Shown here one piece after another: positions 54,248 to 64,000 of a DNA stretch of 64,000 nucleotides. Origin of the DNA: Eledone cirrhosa. Lineage: Eukaryota. Below the pieces are notes generated by a model. It did no database searches. It was not told the DNA's origin and worked only from the letters and a program-made list of their open reading frames with translations. Location: the NCBI GenBank assembly GCA_964016885.1, contig OZ024760.1, forward strand, positions 35,216,001 to 35,280,000, given 5' to 3'. The translations under genes were made by a program, and so were the position numbers. Within the stretch, counting starts at the first letter, position 1. Each line of letters begins with the position of its first letter.

Positions 54248-57200
54248 GGAAGGTGCCGTTACCTATGTTGGGAGAGTGCCATTACCTATGTTAGGAGGGT
54301 GTCGTTACCTATGTTAGGAGGGTGTCACTACCTATGTTGGGAGAGTGCCATTACCTATGTTAGGAGGTGCCTTTATCTATGTTGGAAGGGTGCAATTACC
54401 TAGGATAGGAGGGTGCCATTACCTATGTTGGGAGAGTGCCATTACCTATATTACGAGGATGCCGTTACCTTTGTTGGGAGGGTGCCGTTAACTATGTGGA
54501 GAGAGTGACGTTATCTATGTGGGGAGGGTGCCGTTACCTATGTTGGGAGAGTGACATTACCTATGTTAGGAGGGTGCCGGTACCTATATTGGGAGAGTGC
54601 CATTACCTATGTTAGATCGGTGCTTTTACATATGTTAGGAGGGTGCCTTTATCTATGTTGGAAGTGTGCTGTTACCTATGTTAAGAGGTTGCCATTACCT
54701 ATGTTTCGAGGGTGCCGTTACCTATGTTATTAGGGTGCCATTGCCCATGTTGGAAGGGTACCGTTACCTATGTTGGGAGGGTGCCTTTACCTATGTTGGG
54801 ATAGTGCCATTACCTATGTTGGGTTGGTGCCATTACCTATGTTAGGAGGGTGCCGTTACCTGTGTGGGGAGAGTGCTGTTACCTATGTTAGGAGGGTGCT
54901 ATTACCTATGTTGGAAGGGTGCCATTACCTACGTTAGGAGGGTGCCATTACCTATGTTAGGAGAGTGCCATTACCTATGTTAGGAGGGTGCCTTTACCTA
55001 TGTTGCGAGGGTGCAATTACCTATGTTGGGGGAGTGCCGTTACCTATGTTAGGAGGGTGCCATTACCTATGTTGGGACAGTGACATTAGCTATGTTAGGA
55101 TGGTGCCGTTACCTATGTTAGGAGGGTGCTATTACCTATGTTGGAAGGGTGCCATTACCTCTGTTAGGAGGGTGCAATTACATATGTTGGAAGGGTGCCG
55201 TTACCTATGGTAGGAGGGTGCCGTTACCTATGTTGCGAGGGTGCCGTTACCGCTGTTGGGAGAGTGCAGTTACCTATTTTGGGAGGGTGCCGTTACCTAT
55301 GTTAGGAGGGTGCCATTACCTATGTTGGAAGGGTGCCATTACCTATGTTAGGAGGTTGCCATTACCTATGTTGGGAGAGTGCCATTACCTATGTTAGGAG
55401 GTTGCCGTTACCTATGTTAGGAGGGAGCCATTAACTATGTTGGGAGAGTTCCGTTACCTATGTTAAAAGGGTGTCATTACCTATGTTGGGAGAGTGCCAT
55501 TACCTATGTTAAATGGGTGCCGTTACCTATGTTAGGAGGGTGCCTTTACCTATGTTGGGAGGGTGCCGTTACCTATGTTGAGAGAGTGCCATTACCTATG
55601 TTGGGAGGGTGCCTTTACCTATGTTGGGAGAGTGCCATTACCTATGTTGGGAGAGTGCCATTACCTATGTTGGGAGGGTGCCGTTACCTATGTTGGGAGA
55701 GTGCTATTACCTATGTTAGGAGGGTGCCGTTACCTATGTTGGGAGAGTGCCATTACCTATCTTAGCAGGGTGCATTTACCTATGTTAGGAGGGTGCCGTT
55801 ACCTATGTTGGGAGAGTGCCATTACCTATGTTAGGAGGGTATCATTACCTATGTTAGGAGGGTGCCGTTACCTATGTTGGGGAGGTACCGTTACCTATGT
55901 TGGGAGGGTGTCTTTACCTATGTTGGGAGAGTGCCATTACCCATGTTAGGAGGGTGCCGTTACCTATGTTAGGAGGGTGCCATTACCTATGTTGGAAGGG
56001 TGCCATTACCTATGTTAGTAGGGTAACATTACCTATGTTGGGAGAGTGCCATTACCTATGTTGGGGGAGTGCCGTTACCTATGTAGGAGGGTGCCGTTAC
56101 CTATGTTGCGAGGGTTCCGTTACCTATGTTGGGAGAGTGCCGTTACCTATGTTGGGAGGGTGCCGTTACCTATGTTGGGAGAGTGCCGTTACCTATGTTG
56201 GAAGGGTGCCGTTACCTACGTTAGGAGGATGCCATTACTTATGTTGGGAGAGTGCCATTATTTATATTAGTAGGATGCCGTTACCTATGTTGGGAGAGTG
56301 CTATTACCTATGTTAGGAGGGTGCCGTTACCTATGTTGGGAGAGTGCCATTACCTGTCTTAGAAGGGTGCATGTACCTATGTTAGGAGGGTGTCGTTACC
56401 TATGTTGGGACAGTGCCATTACCTATGTTAGGAGGGCATCGTTACCTATGTTAGGAGGGTGCCGTTACCTATGTTGCAAGGGTACCGTTACCTATGTTGG
56501 GAGGGTGCCTTTACCTATGTTAGGAGGGTGCCATTGCCTATGTTAGAAGGGTGCCGTTACCTATAATGGGAGGGTGCCGTTACCTGTGTGGGGAAAGTGC
56601 CGTTACCTATGTTGGGACACTGCCGTTACCTATTTTGGGAGGGTGCCGTTACCTATGTTGGGAGAGTGCCACTACCTATGTTAGGTGGTTGCCGTTCCAT
56701 ATGTTACGAGGGTTCCTTTACCTATGTTGGGAGGGTGCCGTTACCTACGTTAGGAGGGTTCCGTTACCTATGTTAGGAGAGTGCCGTTACCTATGTTGGG
56801 AGGGTGCCGTTACCTATTTTGGGAGGATGCCGTTACCTATGTTAGGAGAGTGCCATTACCTATGTTAGAAGGGTGCCGTTACCTATGTTGGGAGGGTGCC
56901 ATTACCTATGTTGCAAATGTGCCTTACCTATGTTAGGAGGGTGCCATTACCTATGTTGGGAGGGTGCCTTTACCTATGTTAGATGGGTGCCATTACCTAT
57001 GTTAGGAGGGTGCCATTACGTATGTTGGGAGAGTGCCATTACCTATGTTAGGAGGGTGCCGTTACCTATGTTAGGAGAGTGCCATTACCTATGTTGGGAG
57101 AGTGCCATTAGCTATGTTGGGAGGGTGCCCTTACCTATGTTGGGAGAGTGCCAATACCTATGTTAGGACGGTGCCGTTACCTATGTTAGGAGGGTACCGT

Positions 57201-60200
57201 TACCTATGTTGTGAGGGTGCCATTACCTATGTTGGAAGAGGGCCGTTACCTATGTTGGAAGGGTGACATTACCTATGTTGGGAGAGTGCCTTTACCTATG
57301 TTGGGAGTGTGCCGTTACCTATGTTGGGAGAATGCCATTACCTTTGTTGGGAGCGTGCCGTTACCTATGTTAGGAGGGCGCCATTACCTATGTTGGAACG
57401 GTGCCGTTACCTATGTTGGGAGGGTGCCGTTACCTATGTTGGGAGAGTGCCATTACCTATGTTGGGAGAGTGCCATTACCTATGTTGGGAGGGTGACGTT
57501 ACCTATGTTGGGAGAGTGCCATTACCTATGTTAGGAAGGTGCCGTTACCTATATTGGGAGAGTGCCATTACCTATGTTAGGAGGGTGTCGTTACCCATGT
57601 TAGGAGGGCGCCATTACCTATGTTGGAACGGTGCCGTTACCTATGTTGGGAGGGTGCCGTTACCTATGTTGGGAGAGTGCCATTACCTATGTTGGGAGAG
57701 TGCCATTACCTATGTTGGGAGGGTGACGTTACCTATGTTGGGAGAGTGCCATTACCTATGTTAGGAAGGTGCCGTTACCTATGTTGGGAGAGTGCCATTA
57801 CCTATGTTAGGAGGGTGTCACTACCTATGTTGGGAGAGTGCCATTACCTATGTTAGGAGGTGCCTTTATCTATGTTGGAAGGGTGCCATTACCTAGGATA
57901 GGAGGGTGCCATTACCTATGTTGGGAGAGTGCCATTACCTATATTACGAGGATGCCGTTACCTTTGTTGGGAGGGTGCCGTTAACTATGTGGGGAGAGTG
58001 ACGTTATCTATGTTGGGAGGGTGCCGTTACCTATGTTGGGAGAGTGACATTACCTATGTTAGGAGGGTGCCGTTACCTATGTTGGGAGGGTGCCATTACC
58101 TATGTTTGGAGGGTGCCGTTACCTTTGTTATTAGGGTGCCATTGCCTATGTTGGAAGGGTGCCGTTACCTATGTTGGGATGGTGCCTTTACCTATGTTGG
58201 GAGAGTGACATTACCTATGTTAGGAGGGTGCCGTTACCTATGTTGGGAGTGTGCCATTACCTATGTTTGGAGGGTGCCGTTACCTTTGTTATTAGGGTGC
58301 CATTGCCTATGCTGGAAGGTTGCCGTTACGTATGTTGGGAGGGTGCCGTTACCTGTGTGGGGAGAGTGCTGTTACCTATGTTAGGAGGGTGCCATTACCT
58401 ATGTTGGAAGGGTGCCATTACCTACGTTAGGAGGGTGCCATTACCTATGTTAGGAGAGTGCCATTACCTATGTTAGGAGGGTGCCTTTACCTATGTTGCG
58501 AGGGTGCCATTACCTATGTTGGGGGAGTGCCGTTACCTATGTTAGGAGAGAGCCATTGACTATGTTGGGAGCGTGCCGTTACCTATGTTAAGAGGGTGCC
58601 ATTACCTATGTTGGAAATGTGAGATTGCCTATGTTAGGAGGGTGCCATTACCTAAGTTAGGAGGGTGCCATTACCTATGTTGGGAGGGTGCCCTTAACTA
58701 TATTGGGAGGGTGCCATTACCTATGTTGGGAGAGAGCCGTCAGCTATGTTGGGAGAGTGCCTTTACCTATGTTGGGAGTGCACCGTTACCTATGTTGGGA
58801 GACTGCCATTACCTATGTTAGGAGGGTGCGTTTACCTATGTTAGAAGGGTGCCATTACTTATGTTGGAAGGATGCCGTTACCTATGTTGGGAGATTGCCG
58901 TTACCTATGTTGGGAGAGTGCCGTTACCTATGTTGGGAGAGTGCCATTGACTATGTTGGGAGCGTGCCGTTACCTATGTTAAGAGGGTGCCATTACCTAT
59001 GTTGGAAATGTGAGATTGCCTGTTAGGAGGGTGCCATTACCTATGTTAGGAGGGTGCCATTACCTATGTTGGGAGAGTGCCATTACCTATGTTAGGAAAT
59101 TGCAGTTACCTATGTTGGGAGAGTGCCATTACCTATGTTAGGATGGTGCCATTACCTATGTTTGAAATGTGCGATTACCTATGTTAGGAGGGTGCCATTA
59201 CCTATGTTGGGAGAGTGCCATTACCTATGTTAGGAGGTGCCGTTACCTATGTTTGGAGGGTGCCGTTACCTATGTTGCGAGGATGCCATTACCTATGTTG
59301 GGCGAGTGCCATTACCTATGTTAGGAAGGTGCCGTTACCTACGTTTGCAGAGTACTCTCATCTAAGTTGGGAGAATGCCGTTACCTATGTTGGGAGAGTG
59401 CCGTCACCTATGTTAGGAGGGTGCCGTTATCTATGTTACGAGGGTGCCGTTACCTATGTTGGGATGGTGCCGTTTCCTATGTTGGGAGAGTGCCGTTACC
59501 TATGTTGCGAGGATGCCGTTACCTATGTTGGGCGAGTGCCATTACCTATGTAAGGAGGGTGCCGTTACCTATGTTGGGAGTGTGCCATTACCTATGTTAG
59601 GAGGGTGCCGTTACCGATGTTAGTAGGGTGTCTTTACCTATGTTGGAAGGGTGCCGTTACCTTTCTTAGAAGGGTGTCGTTTCCTATGTTGGGAGGGTGC
59701 CGTTACCTAAGTTTGGAGAGTACTATTACCTATGTTGGGAGGGTGCCTTACCTATGATGGGAGAGTGCCATTACCTCTGGTAGGAGGGTGCGGTTACATA
59801 TGTTAGGAGGGTGCCATTACCTATGTTGGTAGGGTGACGTTACCTATGTTGGGAGGGTGCCATTACCTATGTTGGGAGAGTTCCGTTATCTATGTTAGGA
59901 GGGTGTCGTTACCTATGTTGGAAGAGTGCCATTACCTATGTTAAATGGGTGCCGTTACCTATGTTAGGAGGGTGCCTTTACCTATGTTTGGAGGATGCCG
60001 TGACCTATGTTGAGAGAGTGCCATTACCTATATTGGGAGGGTGCCGTTACATATGTTGGGAGCGTGCCATTACCTATGTTGGGAGAGTTCCATTATCTAT
60101 GTTGGGAGGGTGCCGTTACCTATATTGGGAGAGTGCCAATACCTATGTTAGGAGGGTGCCGTTACCTATGTTAGGAGGGTGCCATTACCTATTCTGGGAG

Positions 60201-63103
60201 AGTGCCATTACCTATGTTAGGAGGGTGCCGTTACCTGAGTTGGGAGGGTGCCATTACCTATGTTGGGAGAGTGCCGTTACCTATGTTAGGACGGTGCCAT
60301 TACCTATGTTGGGAGAGTGCCTTTACCTATGTTGGGAGTGTGCCGTTACCTAAGTTGGGAGAGTGCCATTACCTATGTAGGGAGGGTGCCGTTACCTATG
60401 TTAGGAGGGTGCCGTTACCTACGTTAGGAGGGTGTCATTACCTATGTTGGGAGAGTGTCATTACTTATATTAGGAGGATGCCGTTGCCTATGTTGGGAGG
60501 GTGCCGTTACCTATGTTGGGAGGGTGCCGTTACCTGTGTTGGGAGAGTGCTATTACCTATGTTAGGAGGGTATCGTTACCTATGTTAGGAGGGTGCCGTT
60601 GCCTATGTTGGGAGGGTACCGTTACCTATGTTGGGAGGGTGCCTTTACCTATGTTGGGAGAGTGCCGTTACCTATGTTGGGAAGGTGCCGTTACCTATGT
60701 TGGGAGAGTGCCGTTACCTATGTTGGGAGAGAGCCATTACCTATCTTAGAAGGGTGCATTTACCTATGTTAGTAGGGTGCCGTTGCCTATGTTGGGAGAG
60801 TGCCATTACCTATGTTAGGAGGGTATCGTTACCTATGTTAGGAGGGTGCCGTTGCCTATGTTGGGAGGGTACCGTTACCTATGTTGGGAGGGTGCCTTTA
60901 CCTATGTTGGGAGAGTGCGTTACCTATGTTGGGAGAGTGCCGTTACCTGTGTTGGGAGAGAGCCATTACCTATGTTAGGAGGTTACCGTTACCTATGTTA
61001 GGAGGGTGCCGTTACCTATGTTGGGACAGTGCCATTACCTATGTTAGGAGTTTGTCGTTACCTATGTTAGGAGGGTGCCATTACCTATGTTGGGAGGGTG
61101 CCGTTACCTATGTTGGGAGAATGCCATTACCTATGTTGGGAGGGTGCCGTTACCTACGTTTGGAGAGTACTATTATCTAAGTTGGGAGAATGCCGTTACC
61201 TATGTTGGGAGAGTGCCGTCACCTATGTTAGGAGCGTGCCGTTACCTATGTTGGGAGGGTGCCGTTACCTATGTTGGGAGAGTGCCGTTACCTATGTTAG
61301 GAGAGTGGCGTTACCTATGTTGGGAGGGTGCCGATACCTATGTTGGGACGGTGCCGTTATCTATGTTGGGAGAGTGCCATCACTTATATTAGGAAGGTGC
61401 TGTTAACTATGGTAGGAGGGTGCCATTACCTATGTTAGGAGGGTGCCGTTACCGATGTTAGAAGGGTGTCGTTTCCTATGTTGGGAGGGTCCCGTTACCT
61501 AAGTTTGGAGAGTACTATTACCTATGTTGGGAGGGTGCCGTTACCTATGATGGGAGAATGCCATTACCTATGTTGGGAGGGTGCCATTACCTATGTTGGG
61601 AGAGTGCCGTTAGCTAGGTTGGGAGGGTGCCTTTACCTATGTTGGGAGAGGGCCATTACCTATGTTGGGAGGGTGCCCTTACCTATGTTGGGAGGGTGCC
61701 ATTACCTAGGTTGGGAGAGAGCCGTTACCTATGTTGGAAGGGTGCCATTACCTATGTTGGGAGAGTGCCTTTACCTATGTTGGGAGTGTACCGTTACCTA
61801 TGTTGGGAGACTGCCATTACTTATGTTAGGAGTGTGCCTTTACCTATGTTAGAAGGGTGCCATTACTTATGTTGGAAGTATGCCGTTACCTATGTCGGGA
61901 GATTGCCGTTACCTATGTTGGGAGGGTGCCGATACCTATGTTGGGAGGATGCCGTTACCTATGTTGGGAGAGTGCCGTTACCTATGTTAGGAGAGTGCCG
62001 TTACCTATGTTGGGAGGGTGCCGTTACCTATGTTGGGAGAGTGTCATCACCTATATTAGGAGGGTGCTGTTATCTATGTTACGAGGGTGCCGTTACCTAT
62101 GTTGGGATGGTGCCGTTACCTATGTTGGGAGAGTGCCGTTACCTATGTTGCGAGGATGCCGTTACCTATGTTGGGCGAGTGCCATTACCTATGTTAGGAG
62201 GGTGCCCTTACCTATGTTGGGAGAGTGCCATTACCTATGTTAGGAGGGTGCCGTTACCGATGTTAGTAGGGTGTATTTACCTATGTTGGAAGGGTGCCGT
62301 TACCTATGTTAGAAGGGTGTCGTTTCCTATGTTAGGAGGGTGCCGTTACCTAAGTTTGGAGAGTACTATTACCTATGTTGGGAGGGTGCCGTTACCTATG
62401 ATGGGAGGGTGCCGTTACATATGTTAGGTGGGTGCCATTACCTATGTTGGTAGGGTGCCATTACCTATGTTGGGAGGGTGCCGTTACCTATGTTGGGAGG
62501 GTGCCATTACCTATGTTGGGAGAGTTCCGTTAACTATGTTAGGAGGGTGTCGTTACCTATGTTGGGAGAGTGCCTTTACCTATGTTAAATGGGTGCCGTT
62601 ACTTATGTTAGAAGGGTGCCTTTACCTATGTTGGGAGGATGCCGTTACCTATGTTGAGAGAGTGCCATTACCTATATTGGGAGGGTGCCGTTACCTATGT
62701 TGGGAGCGTGCCATTACCTATGTTGGGAGAGTTCCATTATCTATGTTGGGAGGGTGCCGTTACCTATATTGGGAGAGTGCCAATACCTATGTTAGGAGGG
62801 TGCCGTTACCTATGTTAGGAGGGTGCCATTACCTATTCTGGGAGAGTGCCATTACCTATATTAGGAGGGTGCCGTTACCTGAGTTGGGAGGGTGCCATTA
62901 CCTATGTTGGGAGAGTGCCGTTACCTATGTTGGAAGGGTGCCATTACCTATGTTGGGAGAGTGCCTTTACCTATGTTGGGAGTGTGCCGTTACCTAAGTT
63001 GGGAGAGTGCAATTACCTATGTAGGGAGGGTGCCGTTACCTATGTTAGGAGGGTGCCGTTACCTACGTTAGGAGGGTGCCATTACCTATGTTGGGAGAGT
63101 GCC

Positions 63104-63117
63104 ATTACTTATATTAG
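63104..63117 (+). repeat. Left target-site duplication ATTACTTATATTAG
   Basis: Identical 14-mer at 63104-63117 and 63215-63228, directly abutting the insert. Confidence 0.93.
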
Positions 63118-63214
63118 CCGAGGTTGACTTTGCCTTTCATCCTTACGGGGTTGATAAAATAAAGTACCACTAATGCACTGGGTAATTGTTGGCCTTGTGC
63201 CAAAAGTAGTAACA
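63118..63214 (+). mobile_element. 97-bp insertion, probably a 5'-truncated SINE fragment (resembles the 3' half of octopus tRNA-derived SINEs)
   Basis: This is the only non-satellite sequence (CCGAGGTTGACTTTGCCTTTCATCCTTACGGGGTTGATAAAATAAAGTACC...GGCCTTGTGCCAAAAGTAGTAACA). It is flanked by a perfect 14-bp direct repeat, and an empty paralogous site exists at 60460. The insertion is directly visible; the family and strand come from my recall of the motif GACTTTGCCTTTCATCCTTTCGGGGTCGATAAA, not from a search. Confidence 0.8.
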
Positions 63215-63228
63215 ATTACTTATATTAG
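63215..63228 (+). repeat. Right target-site duplication ATTACTTATATTAG
   Basis: Second copy of the 14-mer; the satellite resumes in register after it. Confidence 0.93.
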
Positions 63229-64000
63229 GGGGATGCCGTTACCGATCTTGGGAGGGTGCCGTTACCTGCGTTGGGAGAGTGCTATTACCTATGTTAGGAG
63301 GGTACCGTTTCCTATGTTGGGAGAGTGCCATTACCTATCTTGGAAGGGTGCATTTACCTATGTTAGGAGGGTGCCGTTACCTATGTTGGGAGAGTGCCAT
63401 TACCTATGTTAGGAGGGTATCGTTACCTATGTTAGGAGGGTGCCGTTACCTATGTTGGGAGGATACCGTTACCTATGTTGGGAGGGTGCCTTTACCTATG
63501 TTGGGAGAGTGCCATTACCTATGTCAGGAAGGTGCCATTGCCTATGTTGGAAGGGTGCCGTTATCTATGTTGGGAGGGTGCCGTTACCTGTGTGGGGGAG
63601 AGTGCCATTACCTATGTTAGGAGGTTATCGTTACATATGTTAGGAGGGTTCCTTTACCCATGTTGGAAGGGTGCCGTTACATATGTTAGGAGGGTGCCGT
63701 TACCTATGTTAGGAGAGTGCCATTACCTATATTGGGAGGGTGCCGTTACCTATGTTGGGAGCGTGCCATTACCTATGTTGGGAGAGATCCATTATCTACG
63801 TTCGGAGGGTGCCGTTACCTATATTAGGAGAGGGCCAATACCTATGTTAGGAGGGTGCCGTTACCTATGTTAGGAGGGTGCCATTACCTATTCTGGGAGA
63901 GTGCCATTACCTATGTTAGGAGGGTGGCGTTACCTGAGTTGGGAGGGTGCCATTACCTATGTTGGGAGAGTGCCGTTACCTATGTTGGAAGGGTGCCATT
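63215..64000 (+). repeat. 23-bp satellite array continuing after the insertion (runs off the right edge)
   Basis: Same monomer and orientation, with several private variants such as GAGATCCATTATCTACGTTCGG near 63783. Confidence 0.98.

Larger units (their letters stand above)
1..63117 (+). repeat. 23-bp tandem satellite array, main block (runs off the left edge); consensus TTACCTATGTT(G/A)GGAG(G/A)GTGCC(G/A)
   Basis: TTACCTATGTT recurs every 23 bp throughout, with three common A/G dimorphic sites, scattered substitutions and occasional 17-22-bp deletion monomers. No inverted block or unique spacer was seen. Confidence 0.99.
62045..63300 (+). repeat. Diverged paralog of about 59400-60570 (offset 2,643-2,644) carrying the insertion
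   Basis: Shared markers TTACGAGGG (59436/62079), TTAAATGGG (59941/62585), ATTCTGGG (60191/62835) and GAGTTGGG (60237/62881). Confidence 0.88.

Noticed and set aside
63173-63412. ORF with a unique N-terminus (MHWVIVGLVPKVVT) fused to repeat peptide
   Set aside because: It is a chance ATG inside the insert reading into satellite; 79 aa with no recognisable domain.
83-63873. Hundreds of + strand ORFs encoding VPLPMLGGCRYLCWEGAVTYVGR-like Cys-rich repeats
   Set aside because: A 23-bp unit cycles through all three frames every 69 bp, so overlapping frames give the same peptide. Stops come mainly from the TTAG variant, and frameshifting short monomers are tolerated. There is no sign of codon-level constraint.
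1-64000. Absence of minus-strand ORFs as a sign of coding-strand bias
   Set aside because: The reverse complement of TTACCTATG is CATAGGTAA, which contains TAG and TAA in nearly every monomer and closes all minus frames.
1-64000. CRISPR array (23 bp is near the lower limit of repeat size)
   Set aside because: The repeats are contiguous with no unique spacers, leader or cas genes. The single 97-bp insert has a 14-bp TSD rather than a full repeat duplication.
1-64000. Telomerase-made repeat (TTAGG within the monomer; some yeasts have 23-bp telomere units)
   Set aside because: There are no tandem TTAGGG or TTAGG runs, and exact TTAGGG occurs only in rare variants (for example near 10600 and 24380). 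Inherited variants in kb-scale duplications indicate recombinational amplification. A subtelomeric location is not excluded.
1-64000. Variant-cassette or diversity-generating system (antigenic variation, DGR, programmed rearrangement)
   Set aside because: There is no recombinase, reverse transcriptase, expression site or signal sequence in the window, and ordinary satellite turnover explains the shuffling.
1-64000. Synthetic sequence or sequencing-error artefact
   Set aside because: Variants are shared in consistent nested patterns, and a TSD-flanked insertion has a matching empty site, as expected of real evolved DNA. Only the copy number of the near-identical 4.6-kb blocks needs read-level confirmation.

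Overview
The window is almost entirely one head-to-tail satellite array of a 23-bp monomer, consensus TTACCTATGTT(G/A)GGAG(G/A)GTGCC(G/A). By length this is about 2,780 monomers, and I saw no inverted block. I can support no protein-coding gene, RNA gene or CRISPR array; the ORF track is an artefact of a 23-bp unit translated through a 69-bp cycle. Rare variant monomers act as barcodes and show nested higher-order structure: a 46-bp dimer tendency, 4-17-monomer local duplications, a ~2.9-kb tandem unit (36.5-45 kb), two overlapping near-identical ~4.6-4.7-kb tandem duplications (6.2-23.1 kb) and a ~7-8-kb block repeated at 14.5-15.7-kb spacing. The only non-satellite DNA is a 97-bp insert (63118-63214) with a perfect 14-bp target-site duplication, and its empty pre-insertion site survives in a paralogous block at 60460. 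From memory, not from a search, the insert resembles the 3' part of an octopus tRNA-derived SINE, which suggests an animal, probably cephalopod, genome. I found no convincing new gene-encoded system; the interest lies in the satellite's architecture and history. All alignments were done by eye, so boundaries and difference counts are approximate.
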